Program-made: the position numbers and the translations under genes
In this document: piece by piece, positions 12,150 to 25,021 of the stretch
Position numbering within the stretch: the first letter of the stretch is position 1
Layout of the letters: each line of letters begins with the position of its first letter
The notes under the pieces: generated by a model
The model's input: the letters and a program-made list of their open reading frames with translations, nothing else
The model's database searches: none
Told to the model about the DNA's origin: nothing
NCBI GenBank assembly: GCA_030704615.1
Contig: CM060732.1
Location: 14,260,001-14,324,000, forward strand
Direction: 5' to 3'
Source: Takakia lepidozioides
Lineage: Eukaryota; Plantae; Bryophyta
Length of the DNA stretch: 64,000 nucleotides

Positions 12150-13575
12150 CTCGGCCCGAATTCCAAACGTAGAGGTAATTCGGAGCGCTGCAAGCTTGGA
12201 AATCCGGCGCCGGATTTCTATCCTGCAGTAATTCGGAGCGCAGCAGGATGGAAATTCAGCGTCGAATTTCCATCCTGCAAGATAGGGCGGCGTGCGAAAT
12301 TTCCCCTCACGCAGGTAATTCAGAAGCGGATGGATGAAATCCGGCGCCGGATTTCCATCCGCGCAGGTAGGGCGGGCGCGCGCAAATTTCCCTCACGCAG
12401 GTATTCGGAGGCGGATGGATGTAAATCCGGCGCCCGTATTTCCCATCCGCGCAGGTAGTGGCGGCGCGCTGAAATGTCCCTCACGCAGGTTTCGGAGGCT
12501 GATGGATGGAAATCCGGCGCCGGATTTCCATCCGCGCAGGTAGGGCGGCGCGCGAATTTTCCCTCACGCAGGTGATTCGGAGGGCATGGTGGAAATCCGG
12601 CGCCGAATTTCCTCCATCCAGCAGGTAAGTCGGATCGCTGGCGTATGTATATTCGGCGCCGAATTTCCATTCGCCAGGTATTTTGAAGCGCTGAATTACC
12701 TTCCTGCAGGTAATTCTGAGCGTGTCCGATTGATTTTTCGGAGAAAACAACTAAACTGTTTGTTTGTGGCTGAAGTTGCACTTGTAGACATGTTTTTTCT
12801 TGGAATCCTTGAGTGCTAGAGGCAAATCGGAACGCCTCGGACGGAAATTCGGCGCCGTTTTTCCATTTTGGGAGGTTTTTATCGACTTCCTTTGGGGGGC
12901 CCCGATGAAATTCGGCGCCGAATTTCCATCCGGGGGATGGTCTTTGTCGGAGAGGTGCCGGCCTCTCCGCCGCTCTGTTGGATATTCGGTGCCGAATTTC
13001 CGTCGGGGGTTGAAATATGACGGCCAGGTGCCGGCCTCTCCCCCTCCCCGACTGCATTGGAACGGCCCCGGATGGAAATCGGCGCCGTTTTTCCATCCGC
13101 GGAGGTTTTTATGTCGGCCAGTTTTTGGCCTGACCCCCCGACAGGACTACCTTTGGGGGGATCCGAATGGAAATTCGGCGCCGAATGTCCATCCAGGGGA
13201 TGTTCTGTGTCGCACACGCGCCGGCCTCTGCGCCCGAGGCGACTTCATCCGGGCTTCCCCTGTTTTATATTTGGTGCCGAATTTCCCCGTCCGGGGTTTG
13301 TAATGTGAGCGCCAGATGGCGGCCTTTCCCCCGAGCCGACTTGCATCCGAAGGCCTCGGATGGAAATTCGCGCCGTTTTCCATCCGCGGAGGTTTTTATG
13401 TCGGCCATGTTTGGCCTGACCCCCCGACAGACTTTCCTTTGGGGGGATCCGAATGGAAATTCGGCGCTGAATTTCCATCCGGGGGTGTTCTCTGTCGGAC
13501 AGGTGCCGGCATCTCTGCCCCAGACGACTTCATCCGTGCGGCCCCTGTTGGATATTGGGTGCCGAATTTCCATTC
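12150..13575. repeat. Array of GGAAAT(T/C)CGGCGCCG(A/G)ATTTCC palindromes
   Basis: Many copies, for example at 12338, 12509, 12907 and 13169. Homologous to 51180-53060. Confidence 0.9.
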
Positions 13576-13968
13576 GGGGGTAGTAATGTGACGGCACGGT
13601 GCCGGCTTCTCCCCTTCAGCCGACATCATCCGGACGGCCCCCCACTTTCTGATTGCATACCGTTGGCAGTTATTGCGCAAAGACCAGGGGCCGCATTCCG
13701 GAGACAAGGTTCATTAACACTCTGACTGTGGATTTTTGAGATAGTTGGCTCCCTGGATTTGGATCAGGCTTCGTCGCTCGGACAAACGGCACCGCATTCC
13801 TTCCCATCGCTGCATCCCCCTTCTACTAGGGAGCTTCCCTGCACGCCATCCTGGAAGTCTTGTGTGCACACCTCCCATGGCGGAAAACCCGAGCGCTACA
13901 GTGTACTGCGCCCCTCCTCACGAGCATAGAGCTTCATTTCCTGTGTGCAGGGGGACATCTGTTGGGTG

Positions 13969-16900
13969 ATGGAGAAATATCTGTGCGTTCGATACCACCT
14001 GAACCGGGGTCGGTTTTTTTGGAGGAGGAAAGGAAGGACTCAAACGGCGTTGTTGTCGAGAGTATTGTTGTGCTCCATGATGATTTTCGGCGATGGCCAG
14101 GGAATGGCGAGTTCCACCATCGGACAGCGTCATATACAGGGCTGTTGGGGACTTCATTTGCCCGCCAAATGCACCTTCTATCCTGGCGCCTCCCACGAAA
14201 CAATCCGCAAATCAGAGAGTGGCTACCTCAAAGAGAGAAGTCCGCAACGAAGTCAATCCAGAGCCGAACCCATCCATGAAGACGAGCGAGAACCGGGTTG
14301 TTCACAACCTGTCTGACTCAGACGAGGTCATGGAAGTTCCGAGGTCGTCCTTGAGATCAGGCAAGTCCTCAATGGACGTCAGTGGAGGAGGGAGTCATAT
14401 TCCCAGCACGAGCACCGCAGTTCGATCTATTCTTGAAATTCTGCGAGGGCTTCACATGGAGGGACACCGCTCGGAGCTGGCCGGGCTGGACTACAGCAAG
14501 TTCGCAATTAAATCGGTTACATGCTTCCCGCTGACGTCGACGGTAATATCTTCTTTGAGTTTCCTCCTCGGGCGGACTATTGAGGGCGTCCGGAATGTTG
14601 ACAGATATGGATAGAAAACATGACGGTCATCCTTGGTGCGTTACCAAACCACAGCATGAAGATGCTCGATGGTGTGCGGGTGCGCTATGTTGTTTGTGCG
14701 GGGCGCGTTGCGGTGTTTCTCTCCCCAACTTGCTTCCACTTTAAATCCAGAGGTCACAGGAACGAGACCGATTGGATAGGCACAGCTCATCAACCATTTC
14801 GAGCTCAGGAGAAGGTTCCGAACTCCACATTTAAGTGTGCGCATTGCAAAGAACCACCACACTGCATGTCTGTTTGTAATGCCAAGCAGTTCTAGTTTTC
14901 CCTGACCTCACCCCAGCTTGCATACACGTTGGAATCCCATTGTCACAATTTGGCGAGGGGGACTCGCGGGAGGCTGCCCACGAGGTAGAGCAGCTTGTTC
15001 AGGAGGAGGTTAAGTTGAGACCGGGTGCCAAACCAAACAGATACAGCTCCAAGCCGCCCATAAGATGGCGTGGCCAGAATTATGTCGGAAGACGGCTCCG
15101 ACAGAGTTCCTCTCGATGACAAGGAAATGGAGGCATTGCTGGAGTCGGTGTCCCACGTCTATTCACCGAATGTCCGAAACCACATTGTGTCATGCAAACA
15201 GAAAATTGGGCGTGGCTCGGATATGCACTCCATTCTGGAGGTAAAGCGACGATGTGGATATGACTACATTCATGGAAGTCGGTTTCCAGGACAAGGGACT
15301 GAGGCAGATCGTTGTTTTGGTATCCAAATGTCCACGTGTGGACTTGGCACGGCGTCGAACTGGTCCACAGGATGACGAGTGGGGACTTGTCAAACGTTGG
15401 GTCATGTTCGACCATATCAAGCGAATTACAAATCACCAGTGGGTGACAATGTGTAGTGTGAATGCAGGGGACAGAACATTACATATGTTTACCATTACGA
15501 CCTACATCACTATGACGGAGTGCCCGTCATCCCAACTGCAGAAAGGATGTATCCCTTCATGTAGGTAGTTTCATGAGCGCACTGACTTATGCTTTGCCAG
15601 GAGAAAAATGGCTAAGTCCTGACGGTACAACATTTTCATCCATGCGATGAACGTTTTTCATCGCTGGTTCTTGACCTAAGAGATCGCGGGTTGAGAAAAA
15701 ACGAAGAGGAAGATGACGGATGGCTCGTAGCGGCTGTTGCAAAGCAGTGGTGTCGGCAGGGCAGCCTGTGTTAGGAGGTTTACCTGCGCGGTGGGATCTT
15801 GCTTGGCTTAGGAAGCGGCATTAAGACGCCTCTGCTTGGTATTCTGTGTAGAAAGAAGCGGTGCCCGCCTCTCTCGTAGTGATGATCAATTCCAAGAGAT
15901 AGAAGCATGTAAGGAAAGCGGCGCACCACCACTGCCGCCAGTGCCTTAAGATGATAGTTATGGGCAGATGAGCAAGCAAGGAAAAGGCCAGCTGCTGAAA
16001 GCACAGGGAGGAGAGTCTGGCACAATCAATGGGGGGGAGGTAAAGCATGTGGGAGTTCTGGCTGTATGGTATCTCAGGTTCTCTGTCATTAAGCTTCTAG
16101 CTGCTTTGTGTCTCCTTGTTATAGGACCAGGCCAATTCGAGAGGAAGAATTGCAATAGCGTAATCTGGTTGTCAGGCCACAGGATGGTCCAAGTGAAGAA
16201 GGGGAGCCATCATGGCCGTCATAAGGTCTGGAATCAAGACAAAGAGAAAGGGTTGAAGTGGCTGCTGACGGGCGATGGCAAGGTGCCACCTTGACAGGCA
16301 GACCCGCCGCTTCACTAGTGGATAAAAACAGATAAGTCGATGAACAGAGGCTTCTTTTTGGCGAGGACTTAGAAATTGCTTTGGTAGATTAGGACTGCCA
16401 TCTTGGCAGAAGAGAAAAGGTAGAGACATGTGACAAGAAAAAGTTTTTGAATGGGAATGGAGACTCTGGACTTCAGACCAGAACGTGGAAGGATGGATGC
16501 ACCTTATGTTGTGATGACAGTGAGAGAAATAAGTGAAGAGAGAGAGAAAGAGAGAGCCTGTTCGTCACTGAATTCAGAATGGTCACTGTTGTCTTCATTC
16601 TTGCATTTTGATTCAGTGTCATAAACCTGGACACCATGCTGCCGTGGTAGTGATAACCTGGAACCAATGTAGATCTGGCTTGTTTGTTTGGAGAGATCAA
16701 TGATGGTTAGCTGGAGTTGCAAAAAAAAAAACATGGAAAAGATAAGGTGATTTCACTATGGGATCAGGATCTGAACAACTGCGTTCCACAGTTGAAGGGA
16801 AAGAGGGATGTTGGGGGTATTTGGGTTGAAGTCTGACAAAAGAGATTGAGAGTTGTTTGAGCGATGGGTCTTGGAAAAAGGGACAAGAGAGAGAGAAAGA

Positions 16901-19465
16901 GAGAGAGACGGATGGATGGGATGTTTGTGTCTTGAGAGACCGAGGATGACTTCAAGGCTGGCCGCACTGGATGCCTAGCAGCGTGTGCATTCACATTACA
17001 TGACATATCTGCTGCTGTGAAATAGTGGGGAACTTGGGACATAGACAGAGATAGTGAAACAGACAAAAAGCGAAAAGAAAGAGAGAGAGTGAAAAATGGG
17101 ATTTGGTAAGAGAGAGCTGCAATTCAAAAGGGCTGTTGGGGGGGGGTTTGGCCAATTTGGGGGAGATGAGATGAGAAAACCTGAAAGAAACCAGTGCCCC
17201 TGCAGACCATGAAGATCTGAGCTGCCTCCTCCTAAATCTGTGTCACCACTACAAAAAGGGGATTTCCGACCTGTCACTGCTCAAGTGGGCTTCACATAAA
17301 GGATCGTGTTTACCGCTGCCATTGGGCTGATTTGCATCACTGAATACACGCACCAGCATAGCTGGTGCTGTACCTGATGATGGGGATGTTGTGTAAAAGG
17401 TAGAACCAAGAGTGAACAACAAATTGACTCCCCATCCTGTCTTCCCTTCCGCTGCGGCGTGGATGAGGATTGCTTGAACTCTGATCACGGAGGAGCTGAG
17501 GGAAACCCACAGCCAAGTAACGACAGTTGGACAGATTAGAAAGAACGCTTCTTTCCTCTTGCTCCGCAATCAATGGAGGGGAGCACAATTAGAATTATAC
17601 AGAAGGGGATTCACGCCCCTTCTTTTCACACTACAAATGGGTGCACATGTCTACGACACCCACTGCAGGATGCTAATGACAATTGCTATTTGTGAGATGA
17701 AAGGAGAGGACACACAATCGGAGATGCTTCTTTGGGCAGGAAATAAACGAACAGATGGCCAAGGCGGGATTGCCCCCTCCCAATTTCCGTGGTTTCATGG
17801 CGGACAACGCACACAATTGGGCTGCCATCCGAAGGGTGTACGGGGAAGACCCCAATGTTCCGATGGAAGACAAGGAGAGATCTTGTGGGTTCCATTTTCT
17901 GCAGAGCCTTTCCCAGTACACAACCAGGCTCGTGGCGCCAGATTTCAGAGAGGAGCACCGTTCCATGTGCCTTGCATGGAAGCGCACTCCCACCTTGGTT
18001 GATGCAGAGACACAGTTTGCATGTATACGGGCTTGGTGGACATTGTCAGGTGCTGTAAGGAAATCAGACGAGGGAGCAATGGTCAGTTGGCTAGCATGGT
18101 GGCATTATCGTTTCCTCCAGTTTGGCGACTATATGCGGGAGGTGAGTTGCACGAATTCGCGTCCCGTTGAATATTATTCTTGGCCATATTTGTAACTTGC
18201 TTGTAACATCAACATATGCTTGTGCAGGAAATGTGTCTCGACTCCGACACCGACATGCCCACGACAAACATGGCCGAATCAGTGCACTCTTCCTGGCGTG
18301 CCTCCTCTGCGGCGCATCTGGTGGACATCCTCACTGCCACAACGGAGGACATTGTGAGGTCAATTATGCAGCAAAGCAGGTACAACGAGTTCTTGAAAGG
18401 GAAACAGTGGGGCTTGGGGCCGGACAGGCAGGAAATGCTGATGCGGACTGCCTCTAGATCAAAGAACCGGTGATGTTGCCCGAGGAGGTCTCGTCGAGCA
18501 CCGCAAGTCCTGCACGTTCAAGATCGCCATCTCCTTTGAGCACAGGGCGCGTGCCTCGGCAACATAACGAGCCATCTGTAGTAAAGCAGTACAACATTCC
18601 CATTGTGGAGACAAGAGTGTCGGAGTCACAGTGGAGAATTGCGAGGACATTGCCGGCATTTCGAGGGAAGTGCTGCGCCATCCGGATGGATACGAGAGCA
18701 CGCTGTGGTGAGATGATTCGGAGGAACCCACACGGTGCTGTACCTGCACCTTGTTTCAGCCGCAGATTTTTGACTCCCACATTTGCTCACGCCACAACGC
18801 AGACATTTTGGTTCTGTAGGCACGACATAATGACCTGTGTATTTGGCAAGCCCAAGTACGGGATTCAGGGAATGCCGGAGCCTCCGGGTGTCTGGCCTGT
18901 TGCACCAGGTTGCAGCCTCTCTCAGAATGAGGCGGATGCTCTATCTGCAGCAGGATTTCGAATGGTGCAACGCATAGACATCCCGGCCCACGCATTTCTG
19001 GTTCCTCAGACCCAGCCATTGCAGACTGCTCGGTCCAGTAGAGACGGATTGGACAATTCTGCACATCCCACAATGCGATTCGGAAGAGTGAAGAGACGAC
19101 ACCCTCCCAACAAGTTGAATGAGATTCGGATTGCCAATGCTCTTGGGATGGCTTGCACTATTCAGAGCTCCGTGGACGTACCCCCACCCGGCCTTGGGCG
19201 TGTGTATCAGATGGCAACGGCCGGCTCGGCTGTACGCGACGATGTATACACAATTACGATTGGAGTGGAGCCGACTTGCAATTGTACGGACTTCTCGTTG
19301 ATGGAAGCAAAGAAGGGTTCGAAGTATTATCCGTGCAAGCATCTGTATTACATTTACCTGAAGAGGTTGAGGATAAACCTGACTATTGATGACTTTATTC
19401 ATGCACCGGCGTTGAGCGTGAACGAGCTGCACAAACTCCTCCTTAGGGATTCCAGAAATCATTGA
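13969..19465 (+). pseudogene. MULE/SWIM transposase of family A copy 2, frameshifted and split by an insertion
   Basis: Same motifs as 53440-56945, with many indels, a 2.2-kb insertion and an internal deletion. Confidence 0.88.
15452..17635. mobile_element. 2184-bp TG...CA element (solo LTR or non-autonomous element) with 4-bp TSD AATG
   Basis: Termini TGTAGTGTGAA...TTCACACTACA form an 11-bp perfect inverted repeat, flanked by AATG on both sides. The empty site GTGACAATGGGTGCAC is seen at about 54928-54943. Confidence 0.85.
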
Positions 19466-19619
19466 TGGGGCAAAGGGAATCCTCCATATGGATATTTTCA
19501 ATTGCATTTTGCTGTATCAGACTTTTTTTGCAGTGTAATGAAATGCACCCCAAAACTCCTGGAATGAGGCAATATTCCATTCAAACTGAGATCCAACAGA
19601 AGCAGTTGTGGGGCCATTT

Positions 19620-20017
19620 CTGGAAAAATGGCGCCGAATTTCTCTTTTTGGGGCCGAAAACTGGCTAAGTCCCAACATGCACTGGTACCTGTGTCTGGGA
19701 AAATGACGCCGAATTTCTCTTTTTTGGGCCGAAAACTGGCTAAGTCCCAACATGCACTGGTACCGTGTCTGGAAAAATGACGCCGAATTTCTCTTTTTTG
19801 GGCCGAAAACTGGCTAAGTCCCAACATGCACTGGTACAGTGTCTGGAAAAATGGCGCCGAATTTCCCTATTTTGCGCCGAAAACTGGCTAAGTCCGAACA
19901 TGCACTGGAAAAATGTCGCCGAATTACCTGTCATGAGGGGACCTATAGCCGCGGAATTCGGCACCATTTTTCGCCAGAGAGACCTATTACCGCGAAATAC
20001 GTCGCCGTTTTTTCAGG
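19620..20017. repeat. ~74-bp subterminal tandem repeats of family A
   Basis: Units TGGCGCCGAATTTCTC...GCCGAAAACTGGCTAAGTCCCAACATGCACTGG, the same as 57100-57480. Confidence 0.85.
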
Positions 20018-20216
20018 CTTCCAATGTCTGTGTTCCATCCCATTTCACGTACAAGCCGAACGAATTTGTATGCATTATTACTTGCTCCTTCGCATTTGTC
20101 ATTACTTGCGTTTCCAACATGCATTGTCGCATAGCAGTTCACGAAATTCATGCCAACAAAGCAAATTGGGGGAAGTACCTTGAATTACCTGGAACCACCA
20201 AGTCATGCGGTTGAGC

Positions 20217-20393
20217 GAGGTTAGCTATTTCATGATCATGAGCGGCATGAGCGGAGTAGTAAGACAATCGGTTTTCATGAGCAGAAGTACAAATTTCGAA
20301 AATAAAAAACAATAAAAAACATTAATTTAATGCAATGTGTCAGGAAAAACAAATATATTATTCGGCCCCTTGAAGGGAAAATTGTAGTTTTGA
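20217..20393 (-). mobile_element. Inverted right terminus of family A
   Basis: GAGGTTAGCTATTTCATGA at 20217. Reverse complement of about 57665-57851. Confidence 0.8.
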
Positions 20394-22202
20394 CTACGTG
20401 ACACGTTTCAGATGTGCATACAAGGACAACCTCTTCGCCACGGAGCTGCAGACAGCAAGAAGGAGCGTGGAGTTTACACATTAGGAGGGGGCGGGAAAAG
20501 CTGCAATGCGAATTGTGTATAGGTGAAGCCCAGCTCCCGTTGTATGCAAAAGTTGGGTTATGAGGTTTGCCTGGGAAATGCGGCACCGCATTAGCACTTT
20601 ATGTTTTCATAAATTGTGCTCACGCATGTTGACTGTCTTGCAGGTATATGTGATGGAAATACGTGTTACTTAAGACAGGGGCCCTGGCGCAAGAGCCCCC
20701 GTTCTTCATGGCTTGGACCGTGGCGGGCCCAAGCTGTGTCTACACACCAGAGATGCAGAAACAATGGCATGTCGCGCATCTCGTTGGATGCCCGTGGTAC
20801 CTGGACATGTCTGGCGGACTTGTTGACGAATCGGAGAAAGATTTGCACGCGAAAGCGGAGGAGAAGAGAAGGGAAAGACGTGTCCCTGCTCGGCCTGAGT
20901 CGGCAAATGACGCTGCTGCTCTGGAACAATCCAGAAAGGCAGCTGAGATGGCACAGAAGACGGTGGATGCAGCTGTGCAGGCTCAACAGAAGGGGTCAAA
21001 GAAGAGGACTCGCCAGCAAGGAGCAGCAGTTGTGACACCCAAGAAGACGAAGAAACAGAAACAGAAAGAGCAGGAAGAGGGTGAAGAAGAGGACTCCGAT
21101 GGAGACTTTGCAACCGGCCCACCCCCCGAAACGCAGTCAAAATCGCATGCGCCCACTGTTGTCACAAGGGATGAGAACAGGCTCAACAAATAAGGCACTC
21201 TTCAACCCCCCGGGGGGGGCACCCTTTCGAGCCGGTGGAAATGAAGAGGCCGAAAGTGGAGCCAGAAACAATAGTTCAGTGTGTGAATGAGAGTTTCTTG
21301 GCGGCTTTGGATGGACAGGCAGCCAAGTTGGCATACATGAAGACCATACAGGGTCTGAAGGGCAGAGCACTGAAGAAGGCGGCTGCCGAAGAGCCTTCCG
21401 ACACCCCTGGGTTTCTGAAGATGGTCTCGTTCTTTGCAAAGGTGTGTGCAAGGAAGGATTGCAGGAGGGGTGGAAAAGCCACCGAGTGGTCTTGCGATAT
21501 GATCATCTTGGATATTCCGGATGGAGAGCCTGTGGAAGGACTGCATGCTTTGCCGCCTTGGAACAGGTACTCCGAGGACTTTTGGAAGAAATGATTCGGG
21601 CTCGCCCGCATGGTGTTGGATGAGAGAGGCTATGTCGTTGTCCTTGCGAGCAGAGGCAAAAACACGGAGGCGGGAATTGCGAAGTGGACCCGCAAGAGTG
21701 CCGTCCCAATTCTGAAGAAGAAGTGGACGTGCATCAACACATTGGGCCTTTGGTCGGAAGGGAAGAAGGTAATTACCACATTGGCAATCGTCCTTTCATT
21801 TTGTTAGCTGTTTTGATATGTGGTGCCGCATTCGAATTCTAATCGTTCCCCACTGTGTATGCAGACGAAGTAGTTCGATGTATACTGCTTTGTGAAGGAG
21901 AACTCAACCTTTGCTTACCGGAAAGAGGATTGTTAGTTGACCGGAATTGCGACCCCATCGATTACAACCTCCTGTTCAACAACGTTCCCACGGAACTCCT
22001 CTCTCATAGTCTCACTTCAATGGATCCACTGCGGTATTCACGGACTTGGAGCCCTACCTTCATCAAGACAATTATGGAGGCATGCACTGACCTGGAGGAC
22101 AGAGTGTTGGACCTCATATGTGGAACAAGTATGCAGATTTTGGTATTATGCTGTTCTGCGAATTTTCATTATGTTCAAATTTTGCATTTCTGCTCAAGAT
22201 CT

Positions 22203-22620
22203 GGTTAGACCAAGTCTACTTAGGGAGTCCACTGGAGCGATAAGTGGTGCACTGTACCAGCATATTCCATCATTCAAATCTTCAATATCAAAAAATGAAA
22301 GCTTACCAATAGTGACTTGGCTTACACTACGTACCAGCATGTACCATCATTCAAATCAAGTAAGATGCTTGCTTACCAATAGTGACTGGGCCTGCAGTGG
22401 ACAAGCTTGAGCCTTGGAGCACCGTGTAAACAAAGAGGGGCACTTTTAGGGTTTCAAAGGAAATGAAGTTGGGTAGCTGGAGCTTGGAAGGGATTCAAGA
22501 CTTGGTATAGTTCCGTCTGCGGTGGATCATCTTCTTCGTTAGGATGAGGCGACGGGCAATCTCCATTGTAAACATTAGTTACCAAGGGCCAGGTTTTAAT
22601 GAGTAGATGCCATTCTAACG
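22203..22620. mobile_element. Small insertion in an intron, possibly an LTR remnant
   Basis: The homologous intron in family A is only 84 bp. Imperfect inverted ends GTTAGACCAAGTCTACT / AGTAGATGCCATTCTAAC and an internal duplication GCTTACCAATAGTGACT. Confidence 0.4.
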
Positions 22621-23539
22621 GGTGCCTCAATGTGGGCTGGGCGGTTTTCCGACCGGCACCTCTTTGCCTATGAGGAGGACACATCCGTCTGGGGATCCCA
22701 TCTGGAAGGGCTTCAACGGGAATGTGAAGGCTCCCATCGCATCCACAGATTCCTCAGAGGATTCGTCGGACTCGGAGGAAGAGACAGTGGACATTGATGC
22801 CGAGGAGAACCCGGAATACGAATGAGTGCAAACATTGTAAGTTTGCAAAGCCTTCTGGGTGATTTTTTCTCACATGCATTTCCGGATTGTGGTTCTCATT
22901 GGTCTGGTGAGTGATTGTTATGTGCAGGATTCCAAGATCCGGGTCGAAACCAGTGGCGCATACATTTCTTGCCAGGGAGAATGTCCCGTTCTTTGCGAGG
23001 ACCGACTTCATGAAGAGCCCAGTGAAGGACTACTCCCTTCCTAGTTATGCAGCTAAACTTGCAAAGACAGCGATTAGACGATGTGAGAATCCTAGTAAAG
23101 TAGAGCTGATTTTGGAGAGGGTTAGGGAGGACAGAAGGATACGGAAAGAGTTGGCAACAGCTGAGACAGGTAGACGGGTGCGGAAGTATGTATGTGATTC
23201 AACGGAAGAGAGCGATGTAGACAGGGAGGACGACGACCCAATGGAGGTGAGATGGTCAGTTCCGCAAGGGGAAGATGGGATTTTTGAAAGCCTGGCGAAC
23301 AACCAGTCCGCTAGACATGAGAAAGGCAATGAGGGGGTGGAAGGGGAGCAAGACAGTCAACGACAGGATGACGATAGTGATGATGATTTCCAAGATGGGT
23401 AGAATTTTAAATAACTCTTTGTACATTTACATTCTCTTCCAGAATATATAAAGGAATTTCTCCACGTTGTTGAGGTCCCCTCTCCCATGTGCTTCTAAAC
23501 ACCACTTCTCGACACCATCTGTGAAACCACGTCCTTCCC

Positions 23540-24170
23540 AAAACCGGAAATGCGGCGCCACATTTCCATGTCGGAACGGAAAAACAGAAATGTGGCAACT
23601 GCAAATACATCGTTTTGGAAATGCGGCACGACATTTCCATAACCGGGGCAGGAACAATTTTCTGTTTCCTGTTTTGGACATCAGAAATCGTTCGGCCGAA
23701 CTAAAATGCGGTGCCGCATTTCCGTTTTCGACATGGAAGTTTTGCCCATTTCCAGCTTCTTCCATTGAGGTAAATGGAAATGCGGCGCCGCATTCTGGGG
23801 TCGAACACGTTATTCCCATGCCGGACATGGAAATGTGGTGCCGCATTTCCATTTTGGAGATGGATTTTTGTCCAATTCCAGACACTTCGCCGGAAATGCG
23901 GCACCGCATTCCATTGTCCAATATGAAATGTTGATGACGGATATAGAAATGTCGTGCCGCATTTCCAGAATGGACATGGACATGCATTGGCGATTGGACA
24001 TGCTTGGACAATTGAAGATCGAATATGGAAATGCGGTGCCGCATTTCGAATTCGAAGTATGGAAATGCCTTGTCAAGAAAGGAAATGCGGTACCGCATTT
24101 CCGTTACGACCAGAACGGAGGAGTGGGAGCTGCCGGAAATTGCTGCAAATGCGGTGCCGCATTTCCGAGC
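23540..24170. repeat. Array of GGAAATGCGGCGCCGCATTTCC-type palindromes
   Basis: About a dozen variably decayed copies (e.g. 23546, 23703, 23776, 23892, 24027, 24081, 24147) with unique spacers. The same motif occurs at 5325, 5466 and 20575. Confidence 0.85.
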
Positions 24171-24394
24171 TTGGGCATGTACATGTTTCCGTTTACTCAT
24201 AGATGGATTTCCTTGACCTCAGGACTATGATATCGCTGACTCTGATATATTCATGTGGACAGACACATTGTAGAAATGAGACCACAAATTCTAAACAGTG
24301 GGCCAATAACAGCAGTTCATTGAATACAATGAAACACAGCACACAGAAGTGAGGGACGATGGGTTGTTTTATTGATCGAACACGGTGTCTCACA

Positions 24395-25021
24395 TTAAGC
24401 AAGTCCAAACAAATCCAAGCCCTTCCGCCTTCTACATGGGCGACACCAAGTCGACGGAACTTCGATAGCCCTCAAAACAAGCTCATTTGTGACGCGGCAC
24501 CTCCAGGTAAACTGCATTGCGGTCGTTCTGGTGCCCTTGCTGGAGCTGACGTCAATGTCATGCCCATCAATGATACCACCATCATACATTGATAAGGTCA
24601 ATGTGGGCCTCATGTGCCCGTGCGATTCGTCTTCACAACTCAGCCGAATGTCTCCATACTCTGGAAGAGCGGAGTGAACTCCACGAAAATAGTTTTCCCC
24701 GGTGCAGTCCTCCCTGGTCCATTGGCAGCAGTTCCAGCGCCAAAGCGAGGCCGTGCGTGATCTGTCCGGCATCCCATTCCAGCTTGGTATATCGAGGTCA
24801 ACAATTTGCAGCACCCATGGACAGCATTGACCCTCGCCCTCACCTCTCTCAAAGCGGTAACAGTCCTCCAAATACTCCATTGCGCGCAATGACTCCCGCT
24901 TGACTCCAGAAGCGTCAGTGAAAACAGAGAGCCAGACAATGATGTCTCCTGATTTGGGTTTGAACATCGCATAATCGTGGCCATGATAAGGGCAGTCAGC
25001 AGGATTGCGGCTGCAGGGCAT
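24395..25021 (-). CDS. Hypothetical protein, about 208 aa, transposon-associated
   Basis: Open ORF from MPCSRNPADCPY. Clear paralogue of 36989-37552 (DYAM, SGDI, FERG, RWNCCQWT, YGDIR, DGGxIxGHDI, QFTWR, ELVLRA). Confidence 0.7.
   Translation of the reverse strand: MPCSRNPADCPYHGHDYAMFKPKSGDIIVWLSVFTDASGVKRESLRAMEYLEDCYRFERGEGEGQCCPWVLQIVDLDIPSWNGMPDRSRTASLWRWNCCQWTREDCTGENYFRGVHSALPEYGDIRLSCEDESHGHMRPTLTLSMYDGGIIDGHDIDVSSSKGTRTTAMQFTWRCRVTNELVLRAIEVPSTWCRPCRRRKGLDLFGLA

Larger units (their letters stand above)
11288..20017 (+). mobile_element. MULE family A copy 2 (partial, degenerate)
   Basis: Colinear with about 50312-57570: promoter region, palindrome arrays, transposase and subterminal repeats. 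Interrupted at 15452-17635, with a ~185-bp deletion at about 18466. Confidence 0.92.
20018..23402 (+). pseudogene. Diverged homologue of the methyltransferase-like cargo gene (3' exons; 20018-20216 locally inverted)
   Basis: QEPPFFMAW...GCPWYLD; CDMIILDIPDG (21511); VLDLICGT|intron|ASMWAGRFSDRHLFAYEED; last exon ARENVPFFAR...EVRWSVPQGEDGIFE. All match 44582-46870 with the same intron positions. Contains stops and frameshifts. Confidence 0.8.

Noticed and set aside
23540-24170. Palindromic repeats with unique spacers resembling a CRISPR array
   Set aside because: Spacing is irregular, repeats are degenerate, there are no cas genes, the context is a eukaryotic TE, and the motif recurs elsewhere in the element.
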